NCBI GenBank assembly: GCA_050013695.1
Contig: JBEKET010000013.1
Location: 17,917 to 81,916, forward strand
Length of the DNA: 64,000 nt
Reading direction: 5' to 3'
DNA from: Terracidiphilus sp.
GTDB taxonomy: Bacteria; Acidobacteriota; Terriglobia; Terriglobales; Acidobacteriaceae
Shown: piece after piece, positions 26,261 to 34,760 of the stretch
How the letters are laid out: each line of letters opens with the position of its first letter
Numbering within the stretch: position 1 is the stretch's first letter
The notes under the pieces: generated by a model
Told to the model about the DNA's origin: nothing
Seen by the model: the letters and a program-made list of their open reading frames with translations, nothing else
Database searches by the model: none
Translations under genes and position numbers: made by a program

Positions 26261-27182
26261 TCGAAGAGGATTGGTTGGATTCCCACGCCACAGTCGGCGA
26301 ATTGGTTGGAAATAGGCCGACGTTTTCGCAATCTGCGAGACTCGTCGGTAGGCGATAAACCTTCAATCCAGTCAGTTGCAAGGCGATGTGCCACAGGAAA
26401 GCCGCATTGCTGACGTTGCGGCGCCATAGACGCTTCGGATCCTGCAGCAGCCGGTGCAGCCAATGGAATCCCATCTTCTTGACCCACGGAGCACAATCTC
26501 TGACTCGCCCAGTGTGAAAATCAAATGCGGCGCCCACTCCGAGCATCAGGCGCGTCTCCAGGCGCGGCAGCATCCTGCGCATGAAGAGGTCCTGTCTCGG
26601 TGCGCCGATTCCTACCCAGATGATGTCCGGTTTGCACGCCCTGATGGTCTGCGCAAGATCACTCTCTTCCGCAGCGGTCAACTCGCGAAAAGGTGGTGTG
26701 AAACTGCCGGCAATGCGCGTCCATGGAAATTGCCAAAGCATATTCGCGGCGAGTTCGCCTGCAACGCCATCTTTTCCCCCATAAAAGAAATGCCGATAGT
26801 CTGCGAATTCTTTCCGGCTGAACATTTCGTACATCAGTGCGGGGCCCGTGACCGCCTCCATCGAAACATGTTTCTGAAGCCGGCCGACCCAAACCGTCGG
26901 GGTACCGTCCGGTATCGCAATCGCAGCTTCGGCGAATGTGCGCGCCACATCCGGATTGCGCCGAGCTGAAAGAACCCCATTGACGTCAATGGCGCACACG
27001 TAGCCCTTCTTACCGGATCGGAGAATTCGCTTCACGCGCGAAAGCGCCACCTCCAGATTCAGCGCGTCAACAGCAACGCCGAGCACGTTGGCACAGGGGC
27101 CACGGAAGGAAGACACTCGCTCCGTGCCCGGATCTTCAGCGCCCAACTTGAGCCCAGCGGCGCTATGCGACGTCAGGCTCAT
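26166..27182 (-). CDS. WecB/TagA/CpsF-family glycosyltransferase (GT26)
   Basis: IPDGTPTVW, HFFYGG, PDIIWVGIGAPRQD, GVGAAFDF, RLLQDPKRLWRR. Start 27182 (ATGA overlap with flippase). Confidence 0.9.
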   Translation of the reverse strand: MSLTSHSAAGLKLGAEDPGTERVSSFRGPCANVLGVAVDALNLEVALSRVKRILRSGKKGYVCAIDVNGVLSARRNPDVARTFAEAAIAIPDGTPTVWVGRLQKHVSMEAVTGPALMYEMFSRKEFADYRHFFYGGKDGVAGELAANMLWQFPWTRIAGSFTPPFRELTAAEESDLAQTIRACKPDIIWVGIGAPRQDLFMRRMLPRLETRLMLGVGAAFDFHTGRVRDCAPWVKKMGFHWLHRLLQDPKRLWRRNVSNAAFLWHIALQLTGLKVYRLPTSLADCENVGLFPTNSPTVAWESNQSSSISNRALQAAHTVGQICSDDQAAHAKGRARQA

Positions 27183-28528
27183 TGTGCCTCCTTGTAGAGC
27201 GCCGCTGAAAATGCAGAGTAAGTGCGTTCTTTGGCACGACCGGTGAGCAACACCAGGAGCGGTATGTAGACCAGGCAAGTGATTGGCCCATAGAGCATGC
27301 GGCTCCATGCCATTCCTTGCAGGCCATAGTGCCTCGCAAGCCAACCCATTGATAAGGTCATGAGCGCACCACCTGCCACGGTGAAACACGTCAATATCTT
27401 CGGTCTGCCAAGTGCCAGCATGGAATAGGACCCTGTAACTCCAAGGCCCGCAAATGCTGTGCTCCAAACAATGATTGGGAGAAGCGGAGCGCACCTCTGC
27501 GCAAGTTCAATCCCTCCCCACCTGTGAAGGACTGCCGGACCGAATGCCATCACGGCCGCAGAGCCAAGGACCACAATCAGCACGTTGGCGCAAAACACTA
27601 ACAGGATCGTCCGCCGCACCGCGGCCCGGTCATGGAGCGCGTGTTGAACTGAGACGCGCGGAAAGAGGAAGTGCAATCCCGCCGCGGCCAACCCGTAGAT
27701 CGGCTGCGAAAGTTGCACGCACAGGGAATATGCGGTCACGGCGGCCGCTCCGAAAACGACCCCGGCAATAAGCCTGTCAACCTGTCCGAATACCAAGCCG
27801 GAGACCGCTTGAATCCATGCAAACACGCCGAAATGCAATAGTGCCCGAGTTGTCTCGCGATCAAGAGCCGGCAACAGGTTGTCTGCACTCAACAGTGCGC
27901 GAAGTTGCGCAATCTGGAGCCACACACCAACAGTCGATACCACAACAGTTACTGCCAGAACACTGGCCACCGTGTGGGTGACAAACGGCAGCGCCGCTGC
28001 TCCGGCCAGGCTCAGAAGGCGCGCAATTGCGCTGATCTTAACGGCGCTTCCATAGCGCTCATAGGCGCGCTGAGTGCTGACGCAAACAGTCTCAATTGCG
28101 CGCACAGGAATGAGCAGGCATGCGATGCGGAGACTCCAAAGGCAATCGGCCCGCATTCCTGAAGTTCCGCTTACAAGCTTCGTTGTCGCGAAGGGCGCGA
28201 GAAACCAAGCCACTAGCGCCAGTGCGCAGCCGAGAAAAAGATGGATGGCCATGCTGCTTCGCACCGCGCGGATCACGTTCCGGAAATTGCCGGTCGCTCG
28301 CTGCATGGCTACGATGCGGATGTTTGCGTCACCAAACCCCGATGCAACAATTGCTCCCGTGCTGATGGTTGAAACAGCAATCATCCATACGCCATATCGA
28401 TCGGTCCCCAAACCCCTCAGAGCAAGTGGAGCAATGGCAAGCATTCCGAGCGGGTACGCCACGTAGTCCAGCACTCCGTAAATGGCATTCGAGATATGGG
28501 TTTTCAGGTTTGCTGCGTGTTGGCTCAA
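27179..28528 (-). CDS. Wzx-like oligosaccharide flippase (MOP superfamily)
   Basis: Many TMs; LGTDRYGVW, LLHFG.FAW, GQVDRLIAG, VTAYS patterns. TTG start. Confidence 0.85.
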   Translation of the reverse strand: MSQHAANLKTHISNAIYGVLDYVAYPLGMLAIAPLALRGLGTDRYGVWMIAVSTISTGAIVASGFGDANIRIVAMQRATGNFRNVIRAVRSSMAIHLFLGCALALVAWFLAPFATTKLVSGTSGMRADCLWSLRIACLLIPVRAIETVCVSTQRAYERYGSAVKISAIARLLSLAGAAALPFVTHTVASVLAVTVVVSTVGVWLQIAQLRALLSADNLLPALDRETTRALLHFGVFAWIQAVSGLVFGQVDRLIAGVVFGAAAVTAYSLCVQLSQPIYGLAAAGLHFLFPRVSVQHALHDRAAVRRTILLVFCANVLIVVLGSAAVMAFGPAVLHRWGGIELAQRCAPLLPIIVWSTAFAGLGVTGSYSMLALGRPKILTCFTVAGGALMTLSMGWLARHYGLQGMAWSRMLYGPITCLVYIPLLVLLTGRAKERTYSAFSAALYKEAQ

Positions 28529-28576
28529 GCGTATTCATCCTTAGACTCTGACAGTACAAAGAGTGCGTCGAATGCG

Positions 28577-28614
28577 TGTCAGGACGTAGTCAAATGAATG
28601 TCATCTGTTTGTCA
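28577..28614 (+). promoter_or_regulatory. 11-bp-phased TGTCA array D upstream of the flippase
   Basis: TGTCA 28577, AGTCA 28588, TGTCA 28599, TGTCA 28610; putative minus-strand -10 TACTGT at 28556-28551, 20 bp away. Confidence 0.8.
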
Positions 28615-28631
28615 TTCTGGAAACCAGCCGG

Positions 28632-29960
28632 CTATTCACGTGACAGATCTGCTCGGTCAGTGCGAGGTTCGAGTCGATGCCTCGCCCACAAACGCGACCT
28701 GGGCATCGGCTCCCGGTGTTGTGGTAATGAAAGAAAGAGCAGGGCGGCAAGGAGTGCAATTACGGCGTTTCCAGCGATGACCGCCGTATAACCGAATTGA
28801 ACGATGCAACTCCCAGTGAGCGCAGCTGTACCAGCCTGGCAGAGCGCTCCGGAGAGATTCTGAACGGCGGAAGCTGTGCTGCGCTCTTCCTCGGGAATAT
28901 GCTCCATCAGGTAGCGATAGATGCCTGGGCCGCACATCCATTGCGCTCCATTGAATGCCAAAAAGCTGGCGACACTCAACGGAACCGTCCTCGACGCGGC
29001 GAGCAGAAGAAGAAGTGCGGCCGTCATCATTTGCGCCAGCGATACTCCCTTGAGTGTTCCGAGCCGCCGATACAAAAGAGGAGTTGACAGCACAGCGGCA
29101 AATTGAAGAAGCTGCGAGACGGAAAATACCACTCCCACCCGGCTGAGGGAGAGCCCAAGAGTTTGCTGCAGGTAGACGGCTCCGAAAATTGTGAAGGATC
29201 CCGTTACGACATTCCAGAGGATGAAGGGCGGCAGGAAGCGTTTAAGAAACGGGTGGAACATGCGCAGCCCATGTGTAACGCTCGCGGGCTTTGCATCGCG
29301 CGTCAGATTTGCAAGCGGCCACGCGCCGAGCATTACGGCGCCACAAGCGCAAAGCAGCACAACGCGAATTCCTGCGACCGGGGAAGTCCCTGCACTACTC
29401 GTTTGAAGAAGGCGAGGAAGATAGCCGCCGGCCAAGCCGGCCAGCGATCCCATGCCGATTCCAGTTGCAAAGACAATGCTGAAACCGGAAGCACGGTTCT
29501 GCTCATTGGTGTATTTGGCCACCGCGGGTGAAAAACAAATCGGCCAGAAGCAAAGAGCAAGGCCCGTCAAAAACGCGAGACCGATCTGGGCCGGAGTCCA
29601 GAGTGAGACTACTCGCAGGCCGCAGATCAACGGCCCGCCAAGAAATGAAATGAGCAGCGGCCTTCGGAATCCACGCCGCCGTACAAGAATCATGGCGGGG
29701 ATTGTTCCGACCACATTTCCCAGCGTCATGGACGCCAAAATTTGTCCAATGACCCGTTCGTTGAAATGGAGATCGGTCAGGTAAAGATTGAAGAGAAAGA
29801 GGAATAAACCAAAACCAAAATCAAAGAAAAACGCTGCCGCGAAAAACTTCCAGAAATCTGCTGAGTACCGGCGCATCCACGCAGGGGCGATCCTCATCCA
29901 TCGCGATTGTCCGCCTGGCTGCGCGTGCTGATCCTGCTCGCAGGCTTCAGTCATCAGCAT
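28632..29960 (-). CDS. MFS transporter
   Basis: About 12 TMs; loop motifs VRRRGFRRPL and YRRLGTLK; start overlaps kinase stop by 7 nt. Confidence 0.85.
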   Translation of the reverse strand: MLMTEACEQDQHAQPGGQSRWMRIAPAWMRRYSADFWKFFAAAFFFDFGFGLFLFLFNLYLTDLHFNERVIGQILASMTLGNVVGTIPAMILVRRRGFRRPLLISFLGGPLICGLRVVSLWTPAQIGLAFLTGLALCFWPICFSPAVAKYTNEQNRASGFSIVFATGIGMGSLAGLAGGYLPRLLQTSSAGTSPVAGIRVVLLCACGAVMLGAWPLANLTRDAKPASVTHGLRMFHPFLKRFLPPFILWNVVTGSFTIFGAVYLQQTLGLSLSRVGVVFSVSQLLQFAAVLSTPLLYRRLGTLKGVSLAQMMTAALLLLLAASRTVPLSVASFLAFNGAQWMCGPGIYRYLMEHIPEEERSTASAVQNLSGALCQAGTAALTGSCIVQFGYTAVIAGNAVIALLAALLFLSLPQHREPMPRSRLWARHRLEPRTDRADLSRE

Positions 29961-31021
29961 CCCTCGTGCACTAATTCGCGGAGCCTCTCGACCGCCCAGT
30001 CAAGATCCGTATAGCGCAGCTCGAATACACCTCCTTCGAGTAGCCGGTCAAACATGCGTGCCTGGCGATTGCAAAGTTCCGGTACCGAGCTTGCGCGTTG
30101 GAGCATGTAAAGCCTGGCCACTTCAACAGGAAACGGAACTAACTCGTGCCGGTCAACATTGCGATTGAGAAAGACGACGTGCTTTATATGCGCGGTTGAC
30201 GAGGTCTTGATACTCGGAGCAGATGCGGTTGCAAACTCGATCGAAGGCTTGCCAACCTCTGCACGCTTCATCACGGGCCTTCCGCGCAATTCCGGAAAGA
30301 GGCTTTCAGAAGAAGATCGAAACCGAACCATGCTGGAGTCGCCCACGATCAATCGGTCATCCCTCCCGTCGACCAGAAAACTCCCATCGTCGGTGATGTA
30401 GGTCCATCCCGTGCGCGCGCAAGCATACGCGAGAGTTGATTTTCCCGCGCCTGAATCTCCACAAAACAACAGGCCGGCACCATCCAATTCCACTGAGGCT
30501 GCATGAATTCCCGACGCATAACCATGAACAAGCTGTCCCATGATCAATGACATCAGAAATGCGAAGCGGAAGTAGGCAGGGTGGTCGAGCGTTGAGCGGG
30601 TCACCCAGATATTTGAGGTTGCATGAAGGTAATCCGAGACCGCAAAATTGTCGCCGTCCGCGATGTGAGTAGCCAGGAGTCCTCTCATGCGGGTCATTGG
30701 CATAGGTGGGCAGTCCCTCACACTTCCGCCCGTGACACCGATGCTCAGCCTGATCGGTTCAACATCAAATAGCTTCTGAAATCTGCCCATTCCCTCCGCC
30801 GCGATATCCAGAATCTGCCTGGAATTCGTGGATATGATCACAGGAAAGCCGAGTGGATAGAAGGTTCCCTTCAGGTTGTATTCGACGCGCGAGAGATACG
30901 GATCGCAAAACTCAATCGGCTCCGAGCGGCTCCATGCTTGCATGAGCTGCTCGGTCGTCAGCACATTAAATGTCTGAACCGGCCAGGTTTCCAGTGTGCT
31001 CTCAATGGTTTTCATTTTCAT
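29954..31021 (-). CDS. HPr-kinase-related P-loop kinase
   Basis: GIHAASV...LLFCGDSGAGKSTLAYAC...YITDD matches the HprK-like His / Walker A / Asp-Asp pattern; no HprK N-terminal domain recognised. Confidence 0.7.
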   Translation of the reverse strand: MKMKTIESTLETWPVQTFNVLTTEQLMQAWSRSEPIEFCDPYLSRVEYNLKGTFYPLGFPVIISTNSRQILDIAAEGMGRFQKLFDVEPIRLSIGVTGGSVRDCPPMPMTRMRGLLATHIADGDNFAVSDYLHATSNIWVTRSTLDHPAYFRFAFLMSLIMGQLVHGYASGIHAASVELDGAGLLFCGDSGAGKSTLAYACARTGWTYITDDGSFLVDGRDDRLIVGDSSMVRFRSSSESLFPELRGRPVMKRAEVGKPSIEFATASAPSIKTSSTAHIKHVVFLNRNVDRHELVPFPVEVARLYMLQRASSVPELCNRQARMFDRLLEGGVFELRYTDLDWAVERLRELVHEGC

Positions 31022-34000
31022 CAGAATTGGTATTTCAGCGCCACTTGAACGATGCGCGGGTTATTCGACTTCCCAGTGATCAAGCCAAATGGTGGACTGG
31101 AAGAACCTAAGATGGCCCCATTCCCCGGATTCGCAAAGTTTGGCCTGTTGGTCAGATTGAAGAACTCCGCGCGAAAGTGAACGCTCTGCGATTCAGTGAC
31201 GGGAACAGTTCTCTCCGCCGCCATATCCAGGTTGAACTGCCCCGGTCCGCGGACAATCCCCACGCCGCTGTTTCCGAAATCCGTATCGGCGGGGCCGGTG
31301 CCATACGGCGCTTCCGGTGCGGTGGTGATTGCGGCAGGGTTGAGATAGCCGTTGATCACGCGTGAATACAGAGAGCCGCTTGTGGTAATGCGCGAGCCGC
31401 TCAGTTGCGCGCGGTCTTCAAAGGGGTAGTTACCGTAGACCGCGCCGGCAGATTCATCGATCAAGGTAATGGGTGTTCCACTTTGCAGCACGAGGATTCC
31501 CGATGTCTGCCAGCCGGACTCAATTTGTCGAACCATGCTGCCCATCGAGCGAACGGAAGGCACGTCGTAATTGAAGCTGAGAACACCGCGATGCGTGCGA
31601 TCGAAATCGGTGAGCCCATATGCTTGCCGCGGGTTATGCTGATCGTTCGTCAACAGCCACAACTCGAATACCTGGTTTCCTGAGGAGCCGCTCGTCTCGT
31701 CGAGATTCTTCGACCATGTATAGCTGCCAAGAAACTGAAGGCCGTGGCTCAGACGTTTGGTCACGCTCGCCTGCAGCGAGTTGTAGTCCGAACTGTACGC
31801 CGTTTGGTAAACCAGAGAATCCGGTCCAATGCCCTGGTACGGAGCACGCTGAACAACATTCGCGACCGAGTTCGACGTCTCGCCGTACACGGGATTTGTA
31901 GGACTCGCCAACAGGCTCTGGTTAAACTCCGCGCCCCCGGCCACGTGAATGGAGCGCGTGCCCACGTATCCCACCTCGGCAAGATAATCGCGGAAGAAAG
32001 CAAACTGCGCATTCAGGTTATATTCCTCTGTATAGGGGTCCACGATATGCGTGGATATGCCGGTCACCGTCGGTCCGCCGCCGGGAATTCGCGGAATGAA
32101 GATCGGATAGCTCGACTGGCTCGGCAGCAGCGGGCTGAAGGGTTGCGCGAGTGTCGCTCCCGCGTTCTGCGATCCTTCATAAAACTGGCTTGTTGAAAAG
32201 GGCGGCTGCCCTACAAGGTTCTCAGCCAACCCGGCCGCCAAACGATCGAAGTAAATTCCGAATCCGCCACGTACAACCACTGTTGGTTTGTCTGTCAGGC
32301 GATAAGCAAAGCCCAATCGAGGAGAAACATCGTGGTGATCAGTCGGCCAAAGACCAGGCATGTGCGATTGAAGCACGCCTTGCGGAACCGTTCCGGAAAA
32401 GTTGGAAGCGACCACGAATCCGCTCAGACTGCCGGATGCAGGTGCGCTCAATGTCGCCAGGGTCGGGTCGAACGTAACCAGTCTGCCGTGAATCTCTGAT
32501 GGAGGACTGAATATCTCATAGCGCAGGCCGGCATTCACGGTGAGCTGCGGCGTCAGACGCACATCATCCTGAACGAAGCCGGCAAAGTCGGTATACCGCT
32601 CGTCCTTGCGGAACAATCCCGAACTGCCGTCACTGAAAGACACATTGCTCTCATCGTTTGGGCTGCCGTTCTGTGCCGCACTTTCACCCAGAAGAAAGTC
32701 GTTGAATGTGTTGATATCAAGTAGTCCACTAGCAGAATACGGCGCATTTACCATCACTTGATGGCGCTTTACCTCGCCCCCGAAACGGATGGAATGATTG
32801 TGTCGCGTGAGCGAAAGCATATCCTGCGCAATAAAGCTGTTTGTCCGCTGCGCTTGCGACGGAGTTCCGGCATCACCGATAGTGAACAACCCGTTCACGG
32901 TGATTCCAGGAGCGGCAATCCCCGCGCCCGACGTGCCTGTCGGAGATTGAGTGCCAATATCGGAAGCGAGGATTGGATTCGCCACAACTGCGACGCCGTC
33001 AAATCGCATGTATCCGGCGCGTGCCACGTTGATCATGTTTGAGTTCAACACATGAGTGTCCGCGACAACGGCCATCGCATTTTGATCCAGTTCATTCGTG
33101 CCCCACCCCGGAACATTGGCCGCGTTCGGAGAAAAGGCTTCGACTGTTGGCGCGCGAGAGTAGAAAAATCTCTCGGAGATTTCATTCTTGCTCGTCAGCG
33201 CGTGATCGATGTTGGCTGTGTACTGATCCTCGTTGTAGGTGGAAGGCGGAGCATACGTTGATTCGCCGACCGGTATCTGGCCTGCCGTTGCTCCGAGCAG
33301 GATCTGGGGACTTGGGATTGCGAATTGGCCGCTCGGCAACTTGAAATTCAACAAGCTCAATGCCACCGGATTGATATTCGATCCGTCACATGCCATCTGC
33401 GTACCGCCTGCGGAAGTTGGGTAGGCGCAGAATTGCGCGCCGAGAGTAGCGGCGGAACGGTCAGCGGTGAGCTGAGGCAATACGACGGTGGTCTCCGTTC
33501 CCTCGCCATTGCTCGAACGCAAACCCTGGTATGCGCCGAAGAAGAAAGTCTTGTCCTTGCGAATCGGACCGCCAACCGCAAATCCAAACTGATTCTGTTT
33601 CAAATCAGGGCGAGGCTGGTCGTCAAGCTTGGAAAAAAAGTCATTCGCATTAAGTGCGTCGTTGCGCAGAAACTCCCATACGGTGCCGTGCACATGATCT
33701 GTTCCGGTCTTGCTGATGACGTCGACATTCGCGCCGGTCCCTCGTCCGTAGGTCGCATCGTAGTTGCCGGTTTGCACTTTGAATTCCTGAATGGTGTCCG
33801 GCGCAGGAACTGCGACTCCCACTTCTTCGCCATCCGAGGCCGCGGAGTTCTGCGAAAGATTATTCGCGTCCACACCGTTGAACTGAATGTTGTTGGCGGT
33901 TGTCTTGCTGCCGTTCGATTCCACGTCCTGGGTTCCGCGTCCCAGTTCAGTCGCATCCGGCAGTCCCACCACAACCCCTGGCGAAAGCGACAGGATCTGT

Positions 34001-34467
34001 GTGAAGTTCCGGTTGGAAAGAGGAAGCGCCTCGATTGCTTTCTCATCAACCGCGCGCCCAAGAGATGAGCTCTGGGTGCTGGCAATTTCCGTGTCTGCAG
34101 TGACCGCGACACTCGTGTCAACAGTCGCCAGCTTAAGGTGAAACTCGATCGCGCTGGTCTCGCTGACGACTACCGGAATCGAGCGCAATTTGCTTTCCGC
34201 AAACCCATCCACCTTGACGGACGAGCGATATTCGCCGGGCGGCAACAGGGCGACAGTGAAGAGCCCTGTCCCATCGGTGATCACCGATCGAGACACATCG
34301 GTTGCTTCGTTCTCCACGGTCACTGAGACGTTGGGCACCGGTCGCCCCGAGGGATCGATTACCGATCCATGGATTGCTCCCGTGCCGGGGGCCTGACCCC
34401 AGACCAAAGCCACCCGCATCAATAACGGGACCAGGACGCAAGCTGCCCGCAATGAAATGTTGCGCAT
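31021..34467 (-). CDS. TonB-dependent receptor (Oar-like, N-terminal carboxypeptidase-regulatory-like domain)
   Basis: Signal peptide, GAIHGSVIDPSG, LPLSNRNF, IQEFKVQT..YDA.YGR, EFLRND, C-terminal PRIVQVALKYQF. Confidence 0.92.
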   Translation of the reverse strand: MRNISLRAACVLVPLLMRVALVWGQAPGTGAIHGSVIDPSGRPVPNVSVTVENEATDVSRSVITDGTGLFTVALLPPGEYRSSVKVDGFAESKLRSIPVVVSETSAIEFHLKLATVDTSVAVTADTEIASTQSSSLGRAVDEKAIEALPLSNRNFTQILSLSPGVVVGLPDATELGRGTQDVESNGSKTTANNIQFNGVDANNLSQNSAASDGEEVGVAVPAPDTIQEFKVQTGNYDATYGRGTGANVDVISKTGTDHVHGTVWEFLRNDALNANDFFSKLDDQPRPDLKQNQFGFAVGGPIRKDKTFFFGAYQGLRSSNGEGTETTVVLPQLTADRSAATLGAQFCAYPTSAGGTQMACDGSNINPVALSLLNFKLPSGQFAIPSPQILLGATAGQIPVGESTYAPPSTYNEDQYTANIDHALTSKNEISERFFYSRAPTVEAFSPNAANVPGWGTNELDQNAMAVVADTHVLNSNMINVARAGYMRFDGVAVVANPILASDIGTQSPTGTSGAGIAAPGITVNGLFTIGDAGTPSQAQRTNSFIAQDMLSLTRHNHSIRFGGEVKRHQVMVNAPYSASGLLDINTFNDFLLGESAAQNGSPNDESNVSFSDGSSGLFRKDERYTDFAGFVQDDVRLTPQLTVNAGLRYEIFSPPSEIHGRLVTFDPTLATLSAPASGSLSGFVVASNFSGTVPQGVLQSHMPGLWPTDHHDVSPRLGFAYRLTDKPTVVVRGGFGIYFDRLAAGLAENLVGQPPFSTSQFYEGSQNAGATLAQPFSPLLPSQSSYPIFIPRIPGGGPTVTGISTHIVDPYTEEYNLNAQFAFFRDYLAEVGYVGTRSIHVAGGAEFNQSLLASPTNPVYGETSNSVANVVQRAPYQGIGPDSLVYQTAYSSDYNSLQASVTKRLSHGLQFLGSYTWSKNLDETSGSSGNQVFELWLLTNDQHNPRQAYGLTDFDRTHRGVLSFNYDVPSVRSMGSMVRQIESGWQTSGILVLQSGTPITLIDESAGAVYGNYPFEDRAQLSGSRITTSGSLYSRVINGYLNPAAITTAPEAPYGTGPADTDFGNSGVGIVRGPGQFNLDMAAERTVPVTESQSVHFRAEFFNLTNRPNFANPGNGAILGSSSPPFGLITGKSNNPRIVQVALKYQF

Positions 34468-34532
34468 TTTCTTCGCCGCCTCACGTGGGGATATGACGCG
34501 GTTTCAGAATAGGAATGATTGGGTTGCTGACT

Positions 34533-34559
34533 TGTCAGCATCATGTCTTTCGATTGTCA
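34533..34559 (+). promoter_or_regulatory. 11-bp-phased TGTCA array E upstream of the TonB-dependent receptor
   Basis: TGTCA 34533, TGTCT 34544, TGTCA 34555; putative minus-strand -10 TATTCT at 34511-34506 (21 bp away); overlaps palindrome TGCTGAC-TT-GTCAGCA 34525-34540. Confidence 0.75.
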
Positions 34560-34760
34560 TTTGGAATCTGCGCCTTTAAGCAGCGGATTAATAACCGGAC
34601 CAGCTCGGCGCTTAAACCATAACGATCGGCGCCGCGCCCATCTCATCCAGTTCGTTCTGCGCTCTCCCGCACATCTATGCGGACTGCGCTCCAACTGCTG
34701 TGACTTACGTCCTAGTCCCGGGAGTGCGAGGCCAGCTAGGGTGGAGTGGAGAAGGACGCC

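Noticed and set aside
34468-34760. Search for a lasso/RiPP precursor here and in other intergenic gaps of 11-36 kb
   Set aside because: No short ORF with RBS and lasso-like leader/core pattern found by eye; very short peptides could be missed.
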